NCBI GenBank assembly: GCA_050011875.1
Contig: JBEKIG010000001.1
Coordinates: forward strand, 96,001-160,000
DNA from: Nitrososphaeria archaeon
Lineage (GTDB): Archaea > Thermoproteota > Nitrososphaeria > JACIWG01
Length of the DNA stretch: 64,000 nt
Direction of reading: 5' to 3'
The translations under genes and the position numbers were made by a program. Under the pieces are notes generated by a model. That model searched no databases. It was given only the letters and a program-made list of their open reading frames with translations, and had not been told where the DNA came from. This document shows, one piece after another, positions 30,740 through 40,689 of this stretch (positions within the stretch are counted from its first letter, which is position 1; each line of letters opens with the position of its first letter).

Positions 30740-32167
30740 ATGGCTGAGAAAATTGTCATAAATCCTGTAACAAGGATAGAAGGCCACGCAAAGGTGTCCA
30801 TATTCCTTAAAGAAGACGGAAAAGTACAGGAAGCTAGGTTCGAAATAGTTGACTTCAGAGGCTTCGAAAAGTTTACTGAAGGCCGTCCTTTTTACGAAAT
30901 GCCGAGCATAACTTCTAGGTCGTGCGGAATATGTCCTGTGAGCCACCTTTTAGCTTCAGCCAAGGCATGCGACCAGATAGCTTCTGTAAAGATAACCAAA
31001 ACTGCGGAGAATCTGCGTCGTTTAATGCACAACGGACAAATGATTCAATCACATGCTTTAAACTTCTTCCATCTTTCATCACCAGATTTAATGCTGGGCT
31101 TAGATTCTGACCCAGCTAAAAGAAACATCTTTGGTCTAATAGAAAAATATCCAGAAATTGCGAAGCAAGGGATTAAACTTAGGAAGTTTGGTCAACAGAT
31201 CATCGAATTTTTGAGCGGCAAAAGAATACATTCCAGTGACTGGATCGTACCGGGAGGTGTAAAATATCCGTTTACAAAAGAGAAGCAAAATAGGCTGCTG
31301 GCTGATCTTCCAGAAGCCTTAGACATAGCGACTAAAACGCTAGAAACATTCAAGAAAAGCCTTCCAGAATATGAAGATGAAATAGCAGACTTCGGCAACT
31401 TCCCAACCTACTATCTGAGCCTTATAACCCAAGACGGTGGACTCGAGCATTACGATGGGGAAATAAGGATTAAGGGCCCCAATGGTAATATTATAGAAGA
31501 CAGACTAGATCCGACCAAGTACCTCGAATACATCGGAGAAGCCTGCGAACCGTGGTCTTATATGAAGTTTCCATATTATAAGCCTCTGGGATATCCGGAC
31601 GGAATATATAGGGTTGGCCCACTCGCCAGATTAAATGTTTCTGCAAAATGCGGAACCCCTATCGCAGATGATGAACTTAATGAGTTCAAAAAACTCGGCA
31701 GGAATGGTGTAGTTGAAAGTACTTTCATGTATCACTACGCGCGTTTGATCGAAATAATTTTCTGTGTTGAGAGGACGAAACAAATGCTTGAAGACTCTGA
31801 CATTCTCAAAGAGAACGTTTGGGTTAAATCTGATGCCAACCAGAATGAAGGCGTAGGTGTTGCTGAAGCTCCAAGAGGGACCTTGTTTCACCACTACAAG
31901 GTTGACGATTTGGGTCGGATAACTTGGGTGAATATGATCATTGCAACGGAGAACAACAACTTAGCATACAACAAGGCAGTAACACAAGTAGCAAAGAAGT
32001 ATGTAGTAAGTTCAAAGCTTGCAGAAGGAATGTTGAACAGGGTTGAAGCTGTTATACGAGCATTTGACCCCTGTCTAAGCTGTGCAACACACGCTTGGGG
32101 TGAAATGCCTTTGTCCATCAGCCTTTACAGTTCAAAGGGAAAACTGTTAGATAATGTTACTCGATAA
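30740..32167 (+). CDS. hoxH: NiFe hydrogenase large subunit HoxH (group 3d-type)
   Basis: PVTRIEGH, L1 RSCGICPVSH, L2 DPCLSCATH plus a cleavable C-terminal extension. Confidence 0.94.
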   Translation: MAEKIVINPVTRIEGHAKVSIFLKEDGKVQEARFEIVDFRGFEKFTEGRPFYEMPSITSRSCGICPVSHLLASAKACDQIASVKITKTAENLRRLMHNGQMIQSHALNFFHLSSPDLMLGLDSDPAKRNIFGLIEKYPEIAKQGIKLRKFGQQIIEFLSGKRIHSSDWIVPGGVKYPFTKEKQNRLLADLPEALDIATKTLETFKKSLPEYEDEIADFGNFPTYYLSLITQDGGLEHYDGEIRIKGPNGNIIEDRLDPTKYLEYIGEACEPWSYMKFPYYKPLGYPDGIYRVGPLARLNVSAKCGTPIADDELNEFKKLGRNGVVESTFMYHYARLIEIIFCVERTKQMLEDSDILKENVWVKSDANQNEGVGVAEAPRGTLFHHYKVDDLGRITWVNMIIATENNNLAYNKAVTQVAKKYVVSSKLAEGMLNRVEAVIRAFDPCLSCATHAWGEMPLSISLYSSKGKLLDNVTR

Positions 32168-32287
32168 AAATGAACTATATTCTTCTAAATGTCTTGTTCA
32201 TTAAAGAGAATGTTAACTTTTAGCATAGTAGAAATCATTTTTCCTTTTAAAGAAGTTGCAGATGTTCTAACGCTATTCAATGTTCAA

Positions 32288-32993
32288 TTAAGTGACCTCA
32301 GGGTACGGTGTGATAACTATCTCATCCCGCTTCATAATTGTGTATTGATAGAATTTCATATCATGTCTTGTCCCTCTCATTTTTACAACCATCATTCTTC
32401 TTTTCAGCTCTCCTTTAACTAGTAGAGTTCCAAGTAATATTATTCCTTCGGCTACGAATTCCTCAACATCGGATCCGAGACCTTTCTCGCCCAAAGGTTT
32501 TTCTGATATTAAAAATGTTGTAAAATCGATCTTTCTGAGCAACTTCTGGATTACGGAAATTGTTGTCCTAACCTCTTGCTTTTCACTAAAAGCTAAAGTT
32601 AGAGCAGTTATAGAGTCTATCACCATTCTTTTCGCACCAAAAAATTCTGGCCTCTTCAAGTACGGTATCTAATACTGATTGTAAGCCGATTTTGCTCGTT
32701 GCGACAAAATCGAGTATTTTAATCATTCCTTCTTTTTCTAGATGATCAAGATCCTAACCCAACGGAAACATGTATTGTTTTAACGCGCTATAACTCCCAT
32801 TAAATGTTATAATCAACCCCTTGTCGGAGTATTTGGTAGCTCCATTGAGAAGGAACTGTATCGAAAGTATCGTCTTACCGCTTCCTGGTCCACCAGTAAT
32901 AAACGTAACAAAATCCTTTGAAATTCCTCCTCCCAGTATATTATCTAACTCTGATAACCCCGTCTGTATTTTTTCTAAAGCCATTCCAGTCAC
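32288..32993 (-). pseudogene. KaiC/RAD55-like RecA-family ATPase, interrupted
   Basis: Walker A GGPGSGKT; the usual GWDL reads G*DL (TAG); frameshifts near 32650-32700; VIDS and KMRGT in the 3' fragment. Confidence 0.88.
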
Positions 32994-33643
32994 CTAAAAA
33001 TTTCGAAAACAAACCTTTGAGAATTTTCTGTCGTCTTATCATCCTCCAACCTTTTTACTGAAACTCTCTTACCCGAAATCTCTTCTAATCCGCCACAAAA
33101 TATCCCTCTTAATACGTTTTCAGTCATCTGATTCTTGAACAGAATCTTCGAAATCGTAAAGTTGCCAACACCTTTCTCGTAGTCGATCTAATTAAATACT
33201 ATTTCTCCCCATTCTCTTGACTGAAAGACCCTTCCAAAGTTAAGCATCAATTCGTTCAAAGATTTAATGGAAACGACTAGATGCCTTACATAACATCTAC
33301 CAATCGACTGGCCTATGTTAAAAAGGATCACAGAGCCGGATACACCAAATATATCTTTTATTGAAGACGCTATACTATCCCATTCTGCCGTATTTGTTTC
33401 TATAATATCCTCCGCATCTATTTTTGGAGCGACTTTAACTAGACCTTTTTTAACTAGCTCTTTGTTAACGTCAACCCTGTAACCCTTTATTATACCAATT
33501 TCCTCCATCCTCTTTATTCGTCTAGCTATCGTCCTGTCCGAAAGGCCGACTTTGTCGGCTATAGCTTTACAAGATGCCCGGGTATTCTCTTGAAGTGCTT
33601 CAATGATCTTCACATCTAAGGTATCGACATTTAGGGCGCTCAT
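32990..33643 (-). pseudogene. Lrp/AsnC-type HTH fused to a V4R-like domain, with an in-frame TAG
   Basis: N-terminal AsnC HTH; ILFNIG..G and WG motifs. After the TAG at 33188 the frame continues 65 codons (LRGIFCGGLEEISGKRV) to a TGA overlapping the KaiC-like start. Confidence 0.8.
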
Positions 33644-33845
33644 TGATTCTCTGAAAAATAACTTTCCATAAACGATATAAAAGTCTTTCTTCGAATGCAT
33701 ATATGCCAACATTTGACTTATATGAGTTCTGTTAATTTTCTTGCATAATTTGAAAAATATTTTTTTATTCCATATTTCGCCAAAGAGAAAAATTAAAATA
33801 TAAAGTAATAAATTATATTTAGTATATTATCGTAGGTGCATATAC

Positions 33846-34598
33846 TTGAATCTGGACAAAGTTGTATTAGGCTGTGAAGTAAATGTTCCAAAATATTGGC
33901 AAGATTCGTATCTAAACAAAAATAAAACTAGGATTTTGAGGGTTATGTTCGAAGATAAGAAGAATGTTTATCTAATTACAGAGGAAACAATCTTTCATCC
34001 AAAGTACGGTGGCCAGCCTTCTGATAAAGGAAGAGTCTATAACGAGAAATTTGTTATAAATGTTAACAAAACTATGAAGTATAAGGGTATCGTTATCTTA
34101 TATGGCAAAGTTGAGGTAGGTGAACCAAAGGAAGGTGAAGTTACTGAGGAGATTGACTGGTCTACACGTTATCTGATGATGAGACGCCATACGGCTTCCC
34201 ATCTATTTGATCATGCCCTAGAAGTGGTGACGGGGTCAAAGGTAGAAACGATAGACTCTTGGCTTGGAGATTCATGGTACATCTCTTTCAAAGGCTCCTC
34301 GCCAGGTGAAGAATTGCTCAGGAATGCCGTTGAATTAGAAAACAAAATCATAGCGGAGGGCTATGCTGTTTCGACAAGACTTGTTGATAGAAGTAGAATG
34401 TTAGAGGAGGCAAAAGACTCACCTAACTTGGCTCGTCTTCCTGAACTCGATTTCTACCGAATTGTCAAGATTAATGGCTTTGAAGACATAGCGTGCAGTG
34501 GTACTCATTTAAAAAATATTGCAGAGATAGGCAACATCGAATATGTTAGGTCAGAAACTGTGTCAGAAGGTTTTAAAGTGTACCTTAATCTTTTGTGA
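33846..34598 (+). CDS. Second alanyl-tRNA editing protein (AlaX-like)
   Basis: GGQPSD, HTASH and CSGTH zinc motifs. Confidence 0.88.
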   Translation: MNLDKVVLGCEVNVPKYWQDSYLNKNKTRILRVMFEDKKNVYLITEETIFHPKYGGQPSDKGRVYNEKFVINVNKTMKYKGIVILYGKVEVGEPKEGEVTEEIDWSTRYLMMRRHTASHLFDHALEVVTGSKVETIDSWLGDSWYISFKGSSPGEELLRNAVELENKIIAEGYAVSTRLVDRSRMLEEAKDSPNLARLPELDFYRIVKINGFEDIACSGTHLKNIAEIGNIEYVRSETVSEGFKVYLNLL

Positions 34599-35076
34599 TT
34601 TGCTCCCTTTGATATCTTCCCCAATAACCTACATTAGCCTTCTTTTCGCTTTTAATTAAGATAAACTGGACTATTCTCGCACCCTTTTCTATGGATATGG
34701 GATTATCAACTTTCAGCAAGATTCTTGAAAAACCTGTGTATCCAGAGTCCCATAACGCGGCTTCTATGTACGCACCCATTCTTACCAGAGAAGATCTTGG
34801 CAGACAGAAGCCGACTGCATCTAAGGGGACACATATTTTTTCTTTAACTTGGAATACGTATACACCTTTATCTAGTGAAAAGAAATTCTCTTCATCCGGG
34901 TTAACCTCAACATATTCAGGTAGGACAACGTAGTTTTTGAAGATTTTACCTGATCCAATGATCTTGAAGAGCTTATCTAGCGTTAAGTCAACGCCATTAG
35001 GTTGAATCTGGTCCGCCTCTACTCCTAAAATATATTTTGCTGTATCTTCTCCTATCATAGCACTCATTGTGAGCAC
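34585..35076 (-). CDS. dut: Archaeal dUTPase (dCTP deaminase family)
   Basis: QPNGVDLT, PRSSL, WDSGYTG and ARIVQ motifs. Confidence 0.85.
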   Translation of the reverse strand: MLTMSAMIGEDTAKYILGVEADQIQPNGVDLTLDKLFKIIGSGKIFKNYVVLPEYVEVNPDEENFFSLDKGVYVFQVKEKICVPLDAVGFCLPRSSLVRMGAYIEAALWDSGYTGFSRILLKVDNPISIEKGARIVQFILIKSEKKANVGYWGRYQREQITKD

Positions 35077-35185
35077 AAGATGGATTACACAACAGGATAA
35101 TAAAAAGATAGTCTTTAGTAGGATGGTTTACAACCATAATGCGATAAATATATATTGAGCAAAGAAAACTCCTCCACCTATCGAA

Positions 35186-35304
35186 CCCGGGGTAGCTCAG
35201 CCTGGCAGAGCTTCCGGCTGTAGAAGCTTGCCCTGGCAAACCTCATTCAGCCTGTCAGGCGTACAGATACCGGAGCGTCGGGTGCTCAAATCACCCCCCC
35301 GGGA
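35186..35304 (+). tRNA. trnY: tRNA-Tyr(GUA) with a 45-nt intron at 37/38 (35224-35268)
   Basis: Acceptor CCCGGGG/CCCCGGG with C1-G72 and A73; D stem GCTC/GAGC; anticodon stem TCCGG/CCGGA with GTA at 35220-22; BHB helix CTGT/ACAG; T stem GGGTG/CACCC. Confidence 0.95.
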
Positions 35305-35381
35305 CCTTTATTATAGAATATTACAAACACTGTCTCAAACTTGATGTAGCTACAAACCCCTAACATTCGGAAAGATCACGG

Positions 35382-35530
35382 ATGAAGATTTCCGTAGAAA
35401 AAAATCACCTTACAAATTGAAGGAAATACGTTAATAGGTCGACTTTAGAGACCTGTAAAGCTCGATGTTAAAGCTCCATTTGTCATTATATGTCATGGCT
35501 TTCCTGGTGATGCAAAGAACTCAAGACACA
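35382..35530 (+). pseudogene. 5' remnant of an alpha/beta hydrolase gene
   Basis: MKISVEK / frameshift / ITLQIEGNTLIGRL*RPVKLDVKAPFVIICHGFPG, containing the HG oxyanion motif. Confidence 0.6.
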
Positions 35531-35726
35531 GATATTCTCTAATCAATTACACACATATATGACTGAAGAAGTACTTATAAAATTGATGTAAATAGCTTAA
35601 AATTATTACGAGAATCTTTTTTTAAAGACTTGCTGGATCGCATGATCTTTTAAGATTCAATAAAGGATTATATTAAACGACTTCTTTGCTGGCTTAAATG
35701 TTTTCAACCCCATAAAAGATTTAAAT

Positions 35727-38700
35727 GTGGAAATAGGGACAAACTGCATAGTTAGAGGGAAATATTTGGATCCTACAAACCAACCTCAGATGAAACTTGT
35801 TGAATTTATGCGATTAACAGATAACGTTTCCAAAAAAATTCATGGTGTACTAAACGAACGGGAAATTTTTAATATTTTGAAGGAGGAATTTTCTAAATCA
35901 AAGAAATATGATATTACAATACTGTTAACAAATAATGACAGAACCAAGCTTGACATGGAAGAAACATCTCTGATTCTTAAGAACCTTAAGAAAATACAAA
36001 AGATTACTGGCTTAGGAATCAGTAAATACAATATTGAATTAAATAAATCTAAAATTTTCAATAGAGTCGTAAACGATTGTGAAACATTTGAGGTAAAGAC
36101 TGGTGATATAATTAGTGAAATTCTTCCTACACCCTTCGCATACCTTGTAACCAGGATGATAGGTCTGGTAGGAAAAAATACTGTGGTAACACCTTTAAAT
36201 CGAGAAGGAAAAATTGTAGGAGCTTTAGCTATCTCATCTTCTGAGCAAACAGAGCATTTAATGCTCCCTGTAAAAAACCTAGCTCAGAATATTTCGATTT
36301 CGCTTGAACTCATAGATAGGCACAACGATCTTTTGAAGACAGAAAAAGCACTAGAACAAGAACGTAACAAAGCTCAGAAGTACCTAGACGCAGCTGGTTT
36401 GATCACACTTTTCATAGACGTTAACGGGTTTGTTCAAAGCATTAATCGGAAAGGAAGCGAATTTTTAGGATATACAATGCAGGAAATTGTTGGCAAAAAT
36501 TGGATAGATAACTTCCTACCTGAGAAATCTAGGGAACATGTTAGAATGATATTCACAAATATTGTTCAAGATCCAACGGAATCGAATTCCCACTATGAAA
36601 ATTCAGTACTAACGCGCAAGGATGGAGAGCGGTTTCTTACTTGGAATGGCATTCGATTGGAAGATTCCGATGGCAAGGTTATAGGGATATTAAATTCAGG
36701 GAACGATATCACAGAGCACAAGAAAACAGAAGACGAGTTGAGAGCAAGTCAAAGGACTCTTTCATCACTAATGAGTAATTTGAGCGGTATGATGTATCGT
36801 CGATCCAACGATAATAATTGGACGATGTCGTTCGTCAGTGACGGATGTTTTGACCTTACGGGTTACCTTCCATCTGATTTTGTAAAAAATAAGATATCGT
36901 ACAGCCAGCTAGTACATTCCAGGGACAAAAAAAAGATTCTTGACGCAATTCAAAAATCCTTAACTGAATCAAAATCTTTTAAAATAGAATACAGGATTTT
37001 CACAGCAAATGGTGAAATGAAATGGGTATGGGAAGAGGGTCACGTTATTTCCTCCGGAACTGGTTCATATGCTACTCTAGAAGGCTACGTAACCGAAACT
37101 ACTGTGAGGAAGAAGATAGAAGAGGAGTTAAAGAAGTCAGAAGAAAGCTTCAGGAAGCTGGCAGAAAACGCGTCAGACATTATCTTTCTGTACGACCTAA
37201 TAAGAGGTTACGATTATATGAGCCCAGCCTGCATTAAAATAACCGGCTACACTCCCGAGGAATTTTATGCAGATAAAAATCTGACTTATAGAACAGTTCA
37301 CCCTGACGACGTTCACGAATTAACTAAAATGATGGAGGAAGTTAATAAACAGAGAATCCCCGTTCAATCAGAAATACGCTGGAGGCACAAGAAAGGTAAG
37401 ATTGTGTGGACTGAACAGACTTATATTCCAATTCAGGATGAGAAAGGTGACCTTATTGCTTTTGAGGGCATAGTTAGAGATATTACAGAACGTAAACAAA
37501 TAGAAGAGGATAGGAGACGCTTTGAAGATAGACTTTCCGCCCTAAATTTTTATGGTGTTACATTGAACTCTGCTCAAAACCAGCAGCAAGTTTTCGATCT
37601 AACTCTTAACGCTGTAGAGAAAGCACTAGGTTTTGAGTATGCGGCATTCTTGATAATGGACCGAGGATACCTCCGACTGGCAAGTCAGAGGGGCATCTCT
37701 AGAACTCTTATAAAGGAACTACCTATTGATGACTCAAAAAGAGGAATTGACATTAGAGCATACAACACTCGCAAAGCTATACTCGTAGATGACGTTTGGA
37801 AGGATAGAGATTACGTTGAAAATATTCCAGGCATAAGGTCAAAGCTTGTCGTCCCCGTTGAAATTGAAGACAGAGTAATAGGTGTTTTAAACATACAAAG
37901 CAAGAAGGTTGGCGCATTTGATGGAAGAGATATGAAGTTACTCCAGATTTTAGCTTCTCATGCTGCTGCGGCTATTAGTAGCAAAGAGAAACAAGCTGAA
38001 ATAGAGAGAAGATCGAACCAACTCTCTTCTCTTATGAAAAGTTCTGCAGAGATTATTCATACAACTGATCTCTATCAAAGACTAAGTGTGACTGCAAATG
38101 CAATAAGAGATTTGGGTTGGAGAAGGGTCGTTATAACGTTAAGAGACGAAAATTTAGAAGTGAAAACTTTAGATGATATAGTGAGTTCTGGTCTTACAAA
38201 TGAAGAAAGGGACTTTCTTTGGAAGAACACACCTTCACCAAAAGTCTGGCGTGAACGTTTTGGCCCCGAATACAACCGTTTCAAGATAGGCCAATTTTAT
38301 TATCTGCCATGGAGTGAACCATGGGTTAGAGAAAAATTTTCTGATAACACTGTTGCCAGTAGATTAATGCGGGAGGAAATGGTTGACTGGGATCCACAAG
38401 ACCTACTTTATGCTCCACTTACCTTAGCCAACGGACGAATAGTTGGCGTGTTGAGCATCGACGACCCTGTTGATGGCAGGAGACCGACAAGTGAGTCGTT
38501 GGCCCCACTTGAACTTTTCATTCATCCAGCCGCCGTTGGTATAGAAAATGCTCAGCTAATTCGACAGTTGAATAACGCTACTAGTCAAATTAAGGAATAT
38601 GCGGATAGACTTGAACAGATGGTGCAGCAGAGAACTCAAGAGCTTTTTGAAGCACAAAATAAGTTAATCAAGTCAGAAAGGCTGGTGGCGATAGGTGAAA

Positions 38701-39368
38701 TAGCTGCGATGGTAGGACATGACCTGCGCAACCCCCTACAGGTTATAATCTATACGCTGTACCTCTGTAATGAAATTCTCAAGAAGGCTCCCCAGGAAGT
38801 GGGAAATGCCTTGCAAGAAAATCACCTAGAAGATCTTCTTTCAAGAATTGGAGAGCAGGTGAACTACATGAATAAAATCATCTTAGACCTGCAAGATTAT
38901 TCAAAGCCCCTAGAACCAAACATTGTCGAGACTAATATTTTAGATTTAATCAAGGACACCATCTCTAATATCACTGTTGCAGAAAATATTAAGGTTGCAA
39001 TTAAGATTCCAGAAAATTTCCCTAGAGTTCCAATGGATTCTTCTATGATGCAAAGAGTGTTCGTTAATCTTGCTAACAACGCTATGCAGGCGATGTCAGA
39101 CGGCGGCCAACTGACCTTTGAGTCTTTAATTTCTGATGGGACATTAACAATTAGTGTCCAAGATACTGGAGTCGGTATACCCGCAGAGAACATGGACAAG
39201 TTGTTTCAGCCTTTATTTACAACCAAATCCAAGGGTCAAGGATTCGGCCTAGCCGTCTGCAAGCGAATAGTGGAAGCTCACGGTGGAAGTATTTCCGTAG
39301 CGAGCGAATCAGGTAAAGGATCAATATTCACAATTAAGATTCCAATTGGAAAGTTAAAATACTCCTAA
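35727..39368 (+). CDS. Cytoplasmic multi-PAS/GAF sensor histidine kinase
   Basis: Three PAS/PAC domains (DITE-type ends), GAF domains, H-box HDLRNPL, N/G boxes (NNAMQA, DTGVGI, GFGL). Confidence 0.95.
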   Translation: MEIGTNCIVRGKYLDPTNQPQMKLVEFMRLTDNVSKKIHGVLNEREIFNILKEEFSKSKKYDITILLTNNDRTKLDMEETSLILKNLKKIQKITGLGISKYNIELNKSKIFNRVVNDCETFEVKTGDIISEILPTPFAYLVTRMIGLVGKNTVVTPLNREGKIVGALAISSSEQTEHLMLPVKNLAQNISISLELIDRHNDLLKTEKALEQERNKAQKYLDAAGLITLFIDVNGFVQSINRKGSEFLGYTMQEIVGKNWIDNFLPEKSREHVRMIFTNIVQDPTESNSHYENSVLTRKDGERFLTWNGIRLEDSDGKVIGILNSGNDITEHKKTEDELRASQRTLSSLMSNLSGMMYRRSNDNNWTMSFVSDGCFDLTGYLPSDFVKNKISYSQLVHSRDKKKILDAIQKSLTESKSFKIEYRIFTANGEMKWVWEEGHVISSGTGSYATLEGYVTETTVRKKIEEELKKSEESFRKLAENASDIIFLYDLIRGYDYMSPACIKITGYTPEEFYADKNLTYRTVHPDDVHELTKMMEEVNKQRIPVQSEIRWRHKKGKIVWTEQTYIPIQDEKGDLIAFEGIVRDITERKQIEEDRRRFEDRLSALNFYGVTLNSAQNQQQVFDLTLNAVEKALGFEYAAFLIMDRGYLRLASQRGISRTLIKELPIDDSKRGIDIRAYNTRKAILVDDVWKDRDYVENIPGIRSKLVVPVEIEDRVIGVLNIQSKKVGAFDGRDMKLLQILASHAAAAISSKEKQAEIERRSNQLSSLMKSSAEIIHTTDLYQRLSVTANAIRDLGWRRVVITLRDENLEVKTLDDIVSSGLTNEERDFLWKNTPSPKVWRERFGPEYNRFKIGQFYYLPWSEPWVREKFSDNTVASRLMREEMVDWDPQDLLYAPLTLANGRIVGVLSIDDPVDGRRPTSESLAPLELFIHPAAVGIENAQLIRQLNNATSQIKEYADRLEQMVQQRTQELFEAQNKLIKSERLVAIGEIAAMVGHDLRNPLQVIIYTLYLCNEILKKAPQEVGNALQENHLEDLLSRIGEQVNYMNKIILDLQDYSKPLEPNIVETNILDLIKDTISNITVAENIKVAIKIPENFPRVPMDSSMMQRVFVNLANNAMQAMSDGGQLTFESLISDGTLTISVQDTGVGIPAENMDKLFQPLFTTKSKGQGFGLAVCKRIVEAHGGSISVASESGKGSIFTIKIPIGKLKYS

Positions 39369-39369
39369 A

Positions 39370-39858
39370 GTGATTATAATAGTGTTAAAGAGAAGATCAA
39401 AAATGGTGGGATTCGAAAATTCAAAAATCCTAATTGTAGATGACGATAGGGAAATTTTACGAAGTCTAAAGGAGATTCTGGAGTCAAAAGGATACGAAAT
39501 AGACCTTGCAGAGACGGGCCATAGTGCCGTTGAAAAAGCCAAGGTAAAATACTTCAACTTGGCTTTACTAGATATTAAACTACCAGACATGGAGGGCACA
39601 GATCTGCTCGCAAAGATTCATAAGGCTAAACCTGAGATGATGAAGATAATGATAACAGGTTATCCATCGTTGGATAACGCCGTTAAAGCGCTCAATCTCG
39701 GAGCAGACGCGTATATAATGAAGCCGGTTAATCCGGATAACCTACTCAAAGTTGTTGAAGAAAAACTGAAGGCGCAGAAGGAGGCAGAAGGTATGACAGA
39801 AGAAAAGATTGCGGAATGGATTGAAAATCGCATTCAGAAGCTTGAGCAAAAGAAGTAA
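39370..39858 (+). CDS. Receiver-domain response regulator without a DNA-binding domain
   Basis: ILIVDDD, LLDIKLPD, ITG and KP motifs; probable start ATG at 39403. Confidence 0.93.
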   Translation: MIIIVLKRRSKMVGFENSKILIVDDDREILRSLKEILESKGYEIDLAETGHSAVEKAKVKYFNLALLDIKLPDMEGTDLLAKIHKAKPEMMKIMITGYPSLDNAVKALNLGADAYIMKPVNPDNLLKVVEEKLKAQKEAEGMTEEKIAEWIENRIQKLEQKK

Positions 39859-39961
39859 GTGTGAAGAATCAATAACAAACATTGACAAGGAAGAAGCCAC
39901 ATATATTATTTTTTATGGAATAAAGAAAGATTTAATTGAGTAAGAATTATCATCGAGCTCA

Positions 39962-40366
39962 ATGGCCATTATTTCCTATCCGCATGTAACTTGGCAATGC
40001 CAGCGATGTGCAAAATGCTGCAAGGATCATGGAGAAAGAAAAAGGCGGATACTGTTAACAGATCATGATATGGAACGTATAAAAGAAGCTTCTATTAAAG
40101 AGAGATTCTGCACAATTATTAAGAATAATGGCCCATATAGATATCAGATGATACTGGAAAATGGTTCATGCATCTTTCTATCTAGCAATAGGTGTACAAT
40201 CTATAATAGAAGACCTCTAATCTGTAGGTTCTATCCCTTCTCAATGGTAGAAGATGGAGGTTATATATTCGATGTAGATGCAGACTGTCTAGGTGTCGGT
40301 CTTGGTAAATGTGCCACAAAAAAAGTTTTTACTAAGCTTGTAAAGGAGGCCAAAGAATCACTGTGA
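39962..40366 (+). CDS. YkgJ-family CxxCxxCC protein
   Basis: CQRCAKCC, CIFL and CTIYNRRPLICRFYPF motifs. Confidence 0.92.
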   Translation: MAIISYPHVTWQCQRCAKCCKDHGERKRRILLTDHDMERIKEASIKERFCTIIKNNGPYRYQMILENGSCIFLSSNRCTIYNRRPLICRFYPFSMVEDGGYIFDVDADCLGVGLGKCATKKVFTKLVKEAKESL

Positions 40367-40416
40367 CAGCTTGGGAGGACAGAAAAAAAGAAAAGGGGGA
40401 AGTTCACGGTTATATC

Positions 40417-40617
40417 TTATGGTAACTTTATTTCAGTAATTTGGGCAAGACCGTTTATGTTATTTATCTTTATTATTTCGTCTGATATAGTGTACAGATA
40501 ATCACCTATATATGGCTCTCTGATCAAACCAAGCCCGTTGTATTGGTTGTCAAAACCTTCATCGTAGTGAGTTATGTTTCCTTTAAGAGTTATTCCTTTA
40601 TCGGTGGCCAACACCAA
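40417..40617 (-). pseudogene. C-terminal remnant of a secreted beta-propeller-domain protein
   Basis: GITLKGNITH...R..YIGDYLYTIS is typical of the extreme C-terminus of this family; the rest of the gene is absent. Confidence 0.6.
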
Positions 40618-40689
40618 TAGAGCTACAGCTAAAATACCAAACAGTCATAAGATAAACTGGAAAATTAAAACAGCATAGGGTTCGTTTGA

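Noticed and set aside
30740-32167. NiFeSe (selenocysteine) hydrogenase
   Set aside because: All four Ni ligands are encoded by Cys codons and there is no in-frame TGA.
32288-33712. Stop-codon recoding (TAG as pyrrolysine or readthrough), suggested by two in-frame TAGs in adjacent genes
   Set aside because: TAG ends core genes normally (tbp, sui1, tfb, fprA). One TAG replaces a conserved Trp (TGG), frameshifts co-occur, and other lesions are TAA. No pyl genes are seen.
34997-35239. 80-aa ORF on the minus strand
   Set aside because: It overlaps the tRNA-Tyr and the dUTPase start; a shadow ORF.
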